Sequence record: OR352940.1
Reading direction: 5' to 3' (one strand)
Length of the DNA stretch: 64,000 nt
Source: Escherichia phage AV110
The notes below the pieces were generated by a model. It was not told the DNA's origin, did not search any database, and was given only the letters and a program-made list of their open reading frames with translations. Position 1 is the first letter of the stretch. Each line of letters begins with the position of its first letter. Below are positions 1 to 7,569 of the stretch, piece by piece. Both the position numbers and the translations under genes were made by a program.

Positions 1-35
1 CACGCTCACGTTCGGCCTCTACTACGTTCTGAAGA

Positions 36-335
36 TTATGACTCATATCGTTCCTTATAACTATCAATATAGTCCTGTATGTCGAAAAACGACATTTCAT
101 ATTCTAGGGCGTTAAGAGCCCGTTCTTCAGTATAGTCAGAACCAAAGACGATAGTGATTTCACCGGGCTTCATGTGATTGAAATCGACACTAAAAGGAAT
201 ACGAGAACATACTTCGTCTGCCATATCTACGATAACACTACGACACACTTCTCTGTTAACCTGATAAAGCTCTGCAAGTTCTTCACAACGAATAACAAGT
301 TCAGTGGCAGGATTTTCTTTGATTTTAGTAAGCAT
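36..335 (-). CDS. hypothetical protein (99 aa)
   Basis: ORF at distal end of the motA-downstream minus-strand gene string; no recognisable motif. Confidence 0.45.
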   Translation of the reverse strand: MLTKIKENPATELVIRCEELAELYQVNREVCRSVIVDMADEVCSRIPFSVDFNHMKPGEITIVFGSDYTEERALNALEYEMSFFDIQDYIDSYKERYES

Positions 336-409
336 AGTCTTTACCCTTATGTTTTTGTTTGCGTTTAGATTGAAGTTCTGATTTCTTCTTGTCCTTATGG
401 ACAGAAGCC

Positions 410-637
410 TTATTGAAATCGTGTTTTGCTACAAGATTGTTCATAATGATTTATAACCTCATTTAAACATTTGTCTGTGAAAGAAAACTTTTTAGCCACA
501 GAACATTCGATAATGTGCTCTTTCAAATCTTTAGAGTCAGTATAACCCATCTCAGTAATAAAGTGGCGAATTAAAGCTTTATTCTTATCATTAACAGAAT
601 TAAAATAATCTGCTTTAGAATCAATTATTCTCATCAT
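410..637 (-). CDS. hypothetical protein (75 aa)
   Basis: ORF in packed minus-strand string; 17-nt overlap with upstream ORF end. Confidence 0.4.
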   Translation of the reverse strand: MMRIIDSKADYFNSVNDKNKALIRHFITEMGYTDSKDLKEHIIECSVAKKFSFTDKCLNEVINHYEQSCSKTRFQ

Positions 638-902
638 CTAATTTCCTTAATTGATATTGCAACGAGCCAATAATTTCTTCGTTCATTTTAATATACATGT
701 CGCGCAAGAAAGGTTTTAACCCATCACGAATAATTGCTAACGTATCACCTTTACATAAATTAACCAAATAAGGATGGTCTAAAGCATCCCAACCAGGCTG
801 ATTAGCATACATACCATAATTTTCTTCCATCATAGCATTCAGGCGTTTGATATGATTAATGTGGGCTTCAATAGCATCAATCTGGAGTTGTTTAAGATTC
901 AT
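621..902 (-). CDS. hypothetical protein (93 aa)
   Basis: ORF whose start abuts stop of upstream ORF (translational coupling); T4 arn/asiA neighbourhood by synteny, not recognised by sequence. Confidence 0.45.
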   Translation of the reverse strand: MNLKQLQIDAIEAHINHIKRLNAMMEENYGMYANQPGWDALDHPYLVNLCKGDTLAIIRDGLKPFLRDMYIKMNEEIIGSLQYQLRKLDDENN

Positions 903-1363
903 TAGTAAAGGTCCTCAGAGTAAAGTTCTTTTTCATTACCACCACGTTCAATACGTACTTGTCCAGCGTAAGTTGCAATAATCATTGCTTCTTCACGTGT
1001 CCAATAATTACTATATTGGTCAATAAACCCTTGGTCATCATCACAAACTTGTTGAGTAACTAATTGAGGTTTAACTACATCTAAAACTTCTGCCATATCT
1101 TTAGAATAATGACGAGCACCTGGAATAATAAGAGTTCGTCCATCTTTTAATTTAAAACGGTTGGCTGCGCAGACAATTCGTCGTTGATACTTTTGGTTTT
1201 CATCCCAATACAGAGTCTGCCAACAGATTTCAGGAACTTCATCTAAAACATTTTGTTCTGTATATTCACCACCGTAAGAAGCTAATTTAGCAGCCAGACT
1301 TTCCGGAGTCTCACGCGACAAAGCTTTATCTAACAGAGCTAAACGTTCTTTAAAAGTTTTCAT
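902..1363 (-). CDS. hypothetical protein (153 aa)
   Basis: ORF with ATGA start/stop overlap to upstream gene. Confidence 0.5.
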   Translation of the reverse strand: MKTFKERLALLDKALSRETPESLAAKLASYGGEYTEQNVLDEVPEICWQTLYWDENQKYQRRIVCAANRFKLKDGRTLIIPGARHYSKDMAEVLDVVKPQLVTQQVCDDDQGFIDQYSNYWTREEAMIIATYAGQVRIERGGNEKELYSEDLY

Positions 1364-1689
1364 TTAAACCATCCTTTAATACGTTGCCAAATAGATTTTT
1401 GTGCTTGTTTATTAACACCAATTGAACGAATAACCGGTTGTGACTGCTGATATTCTTTATAATCTTCTTTATAGATTTCGTAAGCTGCATCAACAAATGA
1501 ACTGATCGCTGCCATGTAGTTTTTACGAAGGCCAAATGGCGCGTCATTATTTTCACGAATAACCGTATATTGGCCTGCTTTAATCTTTACAATTGTCCCT
1601 AAATAGGCCCCGTGGTACCAAATATCCCATCCTTCCTGAGTAGGTTCTGCACATTTACGAAGTTCGTTAATAATACTCAGCTTATTCAT
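1360..1689 (-). CDS. hypothetical protein (about 109 aa)
   Basis: ATG at 1689 preceded by GAGGAA; track start at 1710 overlaps motA 3' end and is probably an artefact. Confidence 0.5.
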   Translation of the reverse strand: MNKLSIINELRKCAEPTQEGWDIWYHGAYLGTIVKIKAGQYTVIRENNDAPFGLRKNYMAAISSFVDAAYEIYKEDYKEYQQSQPVIRSIGVNKQAQKSIWQRIKGWFK

Positions 1690-1699
1690 TATGTATTCC

Positions 1700-2332
1700 T
1701 CACAGTACATTAGTTACAAGGGTAATGATTTCTTTGGACACATTAGGGAAGTCAATGTAAGTATATTTACCACCGATTTTAATCTTAACATCATTTTCAA
1801 GAGAAGTAAACAGCTTTGATTCAGTTTCTGACATGTTGTATGCAAAGATTCTAAGAGCGCCATCTCGACGAATTTCGATCTGACGAATACCTAGAACTCG
1901 TTTTGCAAATCGAACTTCCAAGTTACTACGGTTTTCACCAATTTCTTTAACTTCAACTTTATCTTTAATATTTTCAAAAACAAAGTTTGCTAGTTCATGC
2001 ATTTCAGGAGTAACTCCACGTGCTTTTCTAGTGTTACGTTTCTGAAGAAGTTCTGGAGCATTTTCTTGAGCAAATAGATCTGCGGCTTTTTGGATAATAT
2101 CCATTGCTTCGCCTGTTGCTACAAGTCCATCACCTGATTTTTCGACTAAACCTTTCTTAATCAATACACCGATGTTAGAGTTAACAACTGATGCATTGTA
2201 TTCTGCTTCCAGAGCTTCACGGACATTGGCAGCAGTGGTGAAGTTGTTCTTAATGATATAAACCATTATTGCAGCAGTTTTTTCATTCAGAGCGTTTTCA
2301 GAAGCTTTGATGATGTAAGTAACTTTAGACAT
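1700..2332 (-). CDS. motA: MotA, activator of middle transcription
   Basis: 210 aa; MSKVTYIIKAS...VVNSNIGVLIKKGLVEKSGDGL matches T4 MotA as recalled; size matches (T4 211 aa); early promoter immediately upstream. Confidence 0.85.
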   Translation of the reverse strand: MSKVTYIIKASENALNEKTAAIMVYIIKNNFTTAANVREALEAEYNASVVNSNIGVLIKKGLVEKSGDGLVATGEAMDIIQKAADLFAQENAPELLQKRNTRKARGVTPEMHELANFVFENIKDKVEVKEIGENRSNLEVRFAKRVLGIRQIEIRRDGALRIFAYNMSETESKLFTSLENDVKIKIGGKYTYIDFPNVSKEIITLVTNVL

Positions 2333-2369
2333 TTTATTTCTCCAAATTAGTATTTGTTTTGATAGGTCT

Positions 2370-2398
2370 ATAATATCATGTTTGAAGCAAAAGTAAAC
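2370..2398 (-). promoter_or_regulatory. early promoter (GTTTAC-17-TATTAT) for motA
   Basis: Minus-strand GTTTAC at 2398-2393, TATTAT at 2375-2370, followed by conserved AGACCTATCAA; the about 60-bp module is duplicated at 2691-2719. Confidence 0.5.
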
Positions 2399-2435
2399 TT
2401 TATTTTGGGCTCTTTTTCAAAAGCCCTGGTAAAAT

Positions 2436-2651
2436 TTACAAACTCATTTCTTTAATAAGGCCAATAAGTTTTGCCTTTTTAGAACGAAGCTTTTCTAAAT
2501 GATATCCGTTTGAACCGCGAACAACTAAAGAATTGATTTCAACTTCTAAGAAATTTAATTCTTCAACAAGTGCTTTACGGGGAGCATTCATACCAGGTTT
2601 AACTTTACCGAAACGAGTAGTTGTGTTTTGGGTTAATTTCATTTTAGACAT
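2436..2651 (-). CDS. hypothetical basic protein (71 aa)
   Basis: ORF starting MSK with same promoter/RBS module as motA (local duplication of about 60 bp). Confidence 0.5.
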   Translation of the reverse strand: MSKMKLTQNTTTRFGKVKPGMNAPRKALVEELNFLEVEINSLVVRGSNGYHLEKLRSKKAKLIGLIKEMSL

Positions 2652-2690
2652 TTTATTTCTCCAATTGGGTTGTTTTGTTTTGATAGGTCT

Positions 2691-2719
2691 ATAATATCAT
2701 GTTTGAAGCACGTGTAAAC
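2691..2719 (-). promoter_or_regulatory. early promoter (GTTTAC-17-TATTAT), duplicate copy
   Basis: Same module as 2370-2398, upstream of ORF 2436..2651. Confidence 0.5.
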
Positions 2720-2743
2720 TGTTTTGTGAGAAAAATGCACAAA

Positions 2744-2759
2744 GGGAGCCGAAGCTCCC
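2744..2759 (-). terminator. hairpin terminator downstream of gene 52
   Basis: GGGAGC-UUCG-GCUCCC then UUUGUGCAUUUUUC on minus-strand RNA. Confidence 0.45.
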
Positions 2760-2835
2760 TAATCATGTTTGACCAACCAATATAGCCAAATCACTAGTGC
2801 AGCTATTGCACTGAGAAATCCTAAGGCTAGGGCAC

Positions 2836-4161
2836 TCAAAGTGCCTCCAAGTCTTTAGTGTACTCTGTCACAACATCAGTAGACTTCCAATACTCATTTT
2901 CTTCTTTCTTAGCTTTAGCTTCTTCGGCTAGTTTACGTGCTTCATCAGAAGTGATATGGAAGATGTTAAGACCTACCAGTTTATCGACATGTTCTTTATA
3001 CATTTCTATTTGTGCTAGCTCTTCAGTCAAAGCTTTACGAGTCTTGCCCTGAATCACAATTTCACCGTTGATAACTTTTTTGATGAAGTGTGCCTTAGCA
3101 AAAGCCAGTTTAAATGCTTTTTCAGATTCAAGGATTTTGTTGTCAATACGTTTCTGAACGTAAGTCTTACGGACTTCAACAAAATCTTTGATTAAGTCCA
3201 CTACGTTATCGTAGACAGCTAATTTACCCTTTTCATTAATCACTGTGATGTTTTGTGAACGACGTTCGATGAGACTAAAATCTTTCATGATTTTTTCATG
3301 ACGTAGCTCTTCATCATCAGGAAGCGAGTACTCTTTACGGAACTTCACCTTAAACCCAAAGCCGTGTTCACCGCAATCATCTTCCCATGAGATTAGACCT
3401 TTGTCTTCCAACGGGTCAAGAACCTTACTCACATACGTTTCACGGTCGAATTTATATGGGATTTCAGTTATCTGCATTTGAGTGCGAGATGTGAACTTAT
3501 ACGTTCCGTGAATCTCATAACGCCCATCAACTTCATGTACTTCACCACGGAATTCCGGGAATTCAACTTTTGGCTTAGTGACATTTTTACCTTGAAGAGC
3601 TTGTAATACAGCCTTTTTTACCGATTTAAAACTATGAGGCAGAATATTTGTTGCGTAACCGGTTGCAATACCAGAGACGCCATTCAAAAGAACCGTCGGA
3701 ATAATAGGAAGATAGAATTTTGGTGGAATGTGTTCTTTATCTTCATGAGCTGGAGCATATTCAGTATCTTTATATACGTTATAGAAATTTTTACTTACAC
3801 GAGCAAAAATATAACGAGATGCTGCAGCTTTTTGGACTGTTCTAGAACCAAAGTTGCCTTGGCCATCTAACAGTGGATAGTTGTTGTTCCATGTGTTAGC
3901 CATCAATGCACCTGCATCTTGTGCAGAAGATTCACCATGGTGATAACCTAAATCTGCAACACCGCCTGCAATTGACGCAAGTTTATGAAATTTTTCTTTA
4001 TTACCACGAGCCAAATCTAACGCGCGATGAACCACAAAACGTTGAACCGGCTTAAATCCATCAATCATGTTTGGGATCGCACGGTTTTCAACGGTGTACA
4101 TCGCATATGCTAAGGCTTCGTTATCAATAATACTTTTTAGATTACGAGAATTCAATTGCAT
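2836..4161 (-). CDS. 52: DNA topoisomerase II medium subunit gp52
   Basis: 441 aa; GyrA/ParC-like N-terminal region (GFKPVQRFVV...); size and position as T4 gene 52. Confidence 0.9.
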   Translation of the reverse strand: MQLNSRNLKSIIDNEALAYAMYTVENRAIPNMIDGFKPVQRFVVHRALDLARGNKEKFHKLASIAGGVADLGYHHGESSAQDAGALMANTWNNNYPLLDGQGNFGSRTVQKAAASRYIFARVSKNFYNVYKDTEYAPAHEDKEHIPPKFYLPIIPTVLLNGVSGIATGYATNILPHSFKSVKKAVLQALQGKNVTKPKVEFPEFRGEVHEVDGRYEIHGTYKFTSRTQMQITEIPYKFDRETYVSKVLDPLEDKGLISWEDDCGEHGFGFKVKFRKEYSLPDDEELRHEKIMKDFSLIERRSQNITVINEKGKLAVYDNVVDLIKDFVEVRKTYVQKRIDNKILESEKAFKLAFAKAHFIKKVINGEIVIQGKTRKALTEELAQIEMYKEHVDKLVGLNIFHITSDEARKLAEEAKAKKEENEYWKSTDVVTEYTKDLEAL

Positions 4162-4165
4162 ATTT

Positions 4166-4306
4166 TCACCATATTAATGAACGAATAACCATTATAACAT
4201 CTGAAATGAAAAGCACTACTTGGATTAGTCCAAACATCACACCGTAGTACAGAACCGTAAGCAACAACAAGAGCCCGAAGGCTCCTGCTAAGATTTTCTT
4301 AATCAT
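4166..4306 (-). CDS. small hydrophobic protein (46 aa)
   Basis: Hand-found ORF MIKKILAGAFGLLLLLTVLYYGV..., stop 5 nt before gene 52 ATG; below track size cut-off; position of T4 ac/stp small membrane genes. Confidence 0.35.
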   Translation of the reverse strand: MIKKILAGAFGLLLLLTVLYYGVMFGLIQVVLFISDVIMVIRSLIW

Positions 4307-4452
4307 TACTCGCCTTTTAACACGTTAAAAAGAGCTAAGACCGCTAAGGTGCCTTGTGATACGGCCTGTTGAAATACCGTTGTTTCGCCTGTAACTAAAG
4401 TGTTAACGAATAAAAACGACCAACACAACAATGCAATAATCCATGATACCAT
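4306..4452 (-). CDS. small hydrophobic protein (48 aa)
   Basis: Hand-found ORF MVSWIIALLCWSFLFV..., TAATG coupling to next small ORF; follows a terminator hairpin. Confidence 0.35.
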   Translation of the reverse strand: MVSWIIALLCWSFLFVNTLVTGETTVFQQAVSQGTLAVLALFNVLKGE

Positions 4453-4477
4453 TTTAATTACCTCAAAAATAAATTAA

Positions 4478-4497
4478 AGGCCTAACTTAATAGGCCT
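4478..4497 (-). terminator. intrinsic terminator downstream of ndd-like gene
   Basis: AGGCCU stem, 8-nt loop, then UUUAAUUUAUUUUUG. Confidence 0.5.
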
Positions 4498-4504
4498 GTA
4501 TAAA

Positions 4505-4951
4505 TTAGTAACTCTGCAGAATGAATTTGAAATTATCAGCCAGAAGACGGTTCATTTCAGTGAGTGTTTGATATTCTGATGTATGGTTGCGAGTGAATGC
4601 CAGAGCCAATTGACCTTTACCATAACCAGTGGTCAGTGGTTTCATGTTCTTAGCTGCAACAAAGATTACATCATATTCAATATTGTTAGTGCCCATGGTA
4701 CGGGCTAGTTGCGAACGGCCTTGACGAATGTGAGAAAGAATTGCATCCAACCCTTGTTTAGAACGTTGACGTCCTACAAAGAATCGTGCTGCTACTTGTC
4801 GCCAATCAGATGAACCTTTAACGAAGAAGTAAAAACCTTCACGAGAACGAAACTCTTTAGAAACTTCAGAACCGTATTCGCCATTACGAACTACTGCAAC
4901 AACTTCACCGCCAACTGCCAGAAGGTCTTTACGAGTTAAATATTTGGACAT
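4505..4951 (-). CDS. putative Ndd-like nucleoid disruption protein
   Basis: 148 aa; size and position (between 52 and rIIB) match T4 ndd; sequence similarity is from memory only. Confidence 0.4.
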   Translation of the reverse strand: MSKYLTRKDLLAVGGEVVAVVRNGEYGSEVSKEFRSREGFYFFVKGSSDWRQVAARFFVGRQRSKQGLDAILSHIRQGRSQLARTMGTNNIEYDVIFVAAKNMKPLTTGYGKGQLALAFTRNHTSEYQTLTEMNRLLADNFKFILQSY

Positions 4952-4996
4952 GCTAATTTCCTCAATTGATTAATGTTTTTTGTAATCCATGAGAGA

Positions 4997-5026
4997 ATTA
5001 TACTCTGCTCTCAAGAGTTTGTACAA
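4997..5026 (-). promoter_or_regulatory. early promoter (TTGTAC-18-TATAAT)
   Basis: Upstream of ORF 4505..4951; near-identical about 35-bp element recurs at 49971-50000. Confidence 0.45.
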
Positions 5027-5028
5027 TT

Positions 5029-5229
5029 TTATTCGGCTATATCAGAACGTTCAAAAAGCTCTTCAACAGTTAAACATTCAGTGTCATCTTCAATAAAGAA
5101 TCGAGTCCAACACGTTGGGGCGATACAGTTATGAGTTTGTCCGGCGATAGAAGCTACACGAATAAGCTGCTGGCCGTTATTCAGAACAAATTTTTCACCA
5201 ATTTCAACATCTTTAAAAAGCTTAGCCAT
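5029..5229 (-). CDS. hypothetical protein (66 aa)
   Basis: ORF with GGAA RBS downstream of early promoter at 5258-5287. Confidence 0.45.
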   Translation of the reverse strand: MAKLFKDVEIGEKFVLNNGQQLIRVASIAGQTHNCIAPTCWTRFFIEDDTECLTVEELFERSDIAE

Positions 5230-5257
5230 TTTGTGTTCCTCATGTTTCAGTAGGACT

Positions 5258-5287
5258 ACTATACCATAATCCTACCTTGTTGTAAAC
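5258..5287 (-). promoter_or_regulatory. early promoter (GTTTAC-18-TATAGT)
   Basis: Upstream of ORF 5029..5229; -10 followed by AGTCCTAC. Confidence 0.45.
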
Positions 5288-5289
5288 AA

Positions 5290-5400
5290 TTAAATTACAT
5301 TAAAATATGTTAAAGCCAACCATGTTCCAGTGAACGAACATGCGATGTAAAACCACGCATCACAAATTGTTCTTAGTACAATAAGAAGTGCATTTTTCAT
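5290..5400 (-). CDS. small hydrophobic protein (36 aa)
   Basis: Hand-found ORF MKNALLIVLRTICDAWFYIACSF... with GAGGT RBS and upstream TTGCTT/TATAAT promoter. Confidence 0.25.
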   Translation of the reverse strand: MKNALLIVLRTICDAWFYIACSFTGTWLALTYFNVI

Positions 5401-5424
5401 AAGTACCTCAACACAATTGAAAAT

Positions 5425-5453
5425 ATTATACAAATCATTGGGATACTAAGCAA
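5425..5453 (-). promoter_or_regulatory. sigma70-like promoter (TTGCTT-17-TATAAT)
   Basis: Upstream of small ORF 5290..5400. Confidence 0.35.
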
Positions 5454-5479
5454 CCATATTCCTATCCACATTTTAGAGC

Positions 5480-5743
5480 TCATATCTCAACTTCCGCGAG
5501 TTCCATATATCCTTTGTTGATAACCTCTTTAAGGTCTTTAGAAAGAATAACACCAAAATGGTCGTTCATATGTCCGTTAACTAAACGAGTTATTTCGGCT
5601 TCAGATGACATATAAGGCACGTCCGAGTCCCAATGAGATAGACCCAAATGGGTATAAATCATCCCTTCGTCATCTGCAGTGTTGTACATTGAAACAAATT
5701 CGCCTGTTACTTTATGTTTTGCGTAGAAAAATTTAAATTTCAT
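5480..5743 (-). CDS. hypothetical protein (87 aa)
   Basis: ORF with AAGAGG RBS just downstream of early promoter at 5770-5799. Confidence 0.5.
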   Translation of the reverse strand: MKFKFFYAKHKVTGEFVSMYNTADDEGMIYTHLGLSHWDSDVPYMSSEAEITRLVNGHMNDHFGVILSKDLKEVINKGYMELAEVEI

Positions 5744-5769
5744 GATGTTATCCTCTTTTAGATAGGACT

Positions 5770-5799
5770 ACTATATCATAGTCCTACTTAGTTGTAAAC
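5770..5799 (-). promoter_or_regulatory. early promoter (GTTTAC-18-TATAGT)
   Basis: Upstream of ORF 5480..5743; -10 flanked by inverted repeat AGGACTA/TAGTCCT. Confidence 0.45.
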
Positions 5800-5811
5800 A
5801 CTTTTATGAAA

Positions 5812-6369
5812 TTAAAGATGAAGATACCACCCGTTGTAGTTGCTCTTGCGGACGATTTTCTTTAGGTCTTCATGGTCTCCCACGAACTTTATAGAATAAG
5901 AGAAGACGTCAGGTGAGGTTTCTTTGACATCTAATATAATAATGCAATCTGCGACTCGATGGTTCAAGAAGGGCCCTATATTGATTCCATTACCACCCGG
6001 ATAATCACCACTGTATCCTGTGGTAACCGAAATCCATTTCGAATCCATCTGATGGGTCTTTACTTCTACGCGTAGACCACAGTACTTAGGATGAGCTAAA
6101 ACGTCCCATGCATACGTGTACGGGTCTTCTACGTCTTCATTACCTTTATTAACATATCCGTCTAGCCAATTTGCTACTACATACTCTGCAAAGACTGCAA
6201 CCTTACAACGTCGAACAACGTCTTCTTTTATTTGACCTGGATCTTGTTTCAACGAGTACCGAGCAGTATCAGCGATCTTAACCTTCATTTCGCTAGTCAA
6301 AAACTCATTCGACAGGATAAATGTCGGAAGACTATTCAGCCTCAACAACCCCAAGTTCGTCTTTACCAT
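5812..6369 (-). CDS. hypothetical protein in denB position (about 185 aa)
   Basis: ATG at 6369 has GAGG RBS and gives 185 aa, the size of T4 endonuclease IV; assignment by synteny only; track start 6432 overlaps upstream ORF. Confidence 0.35.
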   Translation of the reverse strand: MVKTNLGLLRLNSLPTFILSNEFLTSEMKVKIADTARYSLKQDPGQIKEDVVRRCKVAVFAEYVVANWLDGYVNKGNEDVEDPYTYAWDVLAHPKYCGLRVEVKTHQMDSKWISVTTGYSGDYPGGNGINIGPFLNHRVADCIIILDVKETSPDVFSYSIKFVGDHEDLKKIVRKSNYNGWYLHL

Positions 6370-6592
6370 AGATACCTCTGATGTGTAGTTCGCCAAAATA
6401 AATGCGGTCTCCTTCTTCAAGATATTCTGCATCTACCGGTGGGATTTCAATAACAACTTCGTCGCATTCTAACCAGCCGTAGTGTGCATCGCCAGGATGT
6501 TTTACCAATTTAGCACAATAAACTGATTTACACTTATGGTGACCACGAAGATTAGCAATTTTGGATTCTGATACGTCAAATGGATGAATCAT
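6332..6592 (-). CDS. hypothetical protein (86 aa)
   Basis: ORF immediately downstream of rIIB terminator. Confidence 0.4.
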   Translation of the reverse strand: MIHPFDVSESKIANLRGHHKCKSVYCAKLVKHPGDAHYGWLECDEVVIEIPPVDAEYLEEGDRIYFGELHIRGIYGKDELGVVEAE

Positions 6593-6612
6593 AATTACCC
6601 CTAAAGAAAAAA

Positions 6613-6628
6613 GGGGACCGAAGTCCCC
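6613..6628 (-). terminator. intrinsic terminator downstream of rIIB
   Basis: GGGGAC-UUCG-GUCCCC followed by UUUUUUCUUU. Confidence 0.65.
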
Positions 6629-6633
6629 AATTA

Positions 6634-7560
6634 TTATTCTGCAAATAATTCAGTAACGTCTGAAATTACTTCATAACGACATGTACGCATCTTAGCATCG
6701 CCATAGTCAACCGGGATGGATACAACATCACGTGGATGAACTTTAACCTTAACAACTTTATCTGAGCTAGAACCAAAGTGACGAATATATGATTTAGCGC
6801 AAACATGTAGACCACGGGAGCAGGTTTGTGTATCATCATCGTTAACACGAGTACGAGGCATTGAAACAACTTTACCTGGTGAGTTATCAAATGTACCGCT
6901 ATAACAATCTAAATAGTCTTTACGAACTACTTTCCACGCGTAGAAATGCCCATCTTCAGTGATTTCAATATCATTTGCAACCAAGAAGTCGAATAAACGT
7001 TGTACAGCTTTTTCGCTCGGGTTTTCTAACAGGTTTTCAAGGAACGGTAGATAGAATTTAAAGTCTTCGCCTTTTTCCATTGAATCAATAATACGGTTAA
7101 CCAGCCCTGAACGAATCTCTATACCTTGATAAAATAAACTACCACCTTCAATAACAACATTACCGTCAACAAACTTACTAATAGCTTTCTTGATGTTAAT
7201 AAGTTCGACAGCTTTACTAAGGTTTCCTGCGACCAGATTAGCTTTAATTTCTTCAAAATTTGCATGACTTGATGGAGTCGCATTGTATGCTACGCGTCCT
7301 TCAATAATTGAAATAAATTTAGATGACGCGTTCCATACGATTTCAGGACGATGGCCGCCGATAATAGGTTCATCATTTTCTGGAACTTCTTCAACTTTCG
7401 AAGTCTCATCTTCGGCTTTAAAATTCTTAACAATCTTACGAAGAGTATCTGTTGAAATGTCGAAGTAATCAGCAATTTCCCGACGGGTCCATTGACCTGA
7501 TTCAACCAGTCTGTAAGCTTCTAACTGTTCTTCTTTGGACAAGCATTTGATATTGTACAT
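6634..7560 (-). CDS. rIIB: rIIB
   Basis: 308 aa directly downstream of rIIA; size and position as T4 rIIB (312 aa). Confidence 0.85.
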   Translation of the reverse strand: MYNIKCLSKEEQLEAYRLVESGQWTRREIADYFDISTDTLRKIVKNFKAEDETSKVEEVPENDEPIIGGHRPEIVWNASSKFISIIEGRVAYNATPSSHANFEEIKANLVAGNLSKAVELINIKKAISKFVDGNVVIEGGSLFYQGIEIRSGLVNRIIDSMEKGEDFKFYLPFLENLLENPSEKAVQRLFDFLVANDIEITEDGHFYAWKVVRKDYLDCYSGTFDNSPGKVVSMPRTRVNDDDTQTCSRGLHVCAKSYIRHFGSSSDKVVKVKVHPRDVVSIPVDYGDAKMRTCRYEVISDVTELFAE

Positions 7561-7569
7561 AATGTTTCC

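Noticed and set aside
174-368. Plus-strand ORFs across the window (e.g. 174..368, 2858..3052, 8357..8734, 19672..20151, 39533..39973, 40886..41479, 45477..45965, 60948..61304)
   Set aside because: They lie antisense within well-supported minus-strand genes, lack ribosome-binding sites and have low-complexity or hydrophobic translations typical of shadow ORFs; only 23781..23978 was kept.
4265-4285. UUCG-type hairpin GAGCC-cgaa-GGCTC at about 4270
   Set aside because: It lies inside the coding sequence of a small hydrophobic ORF (encodes AGAFGL), with no U-tract; probably coincidental.
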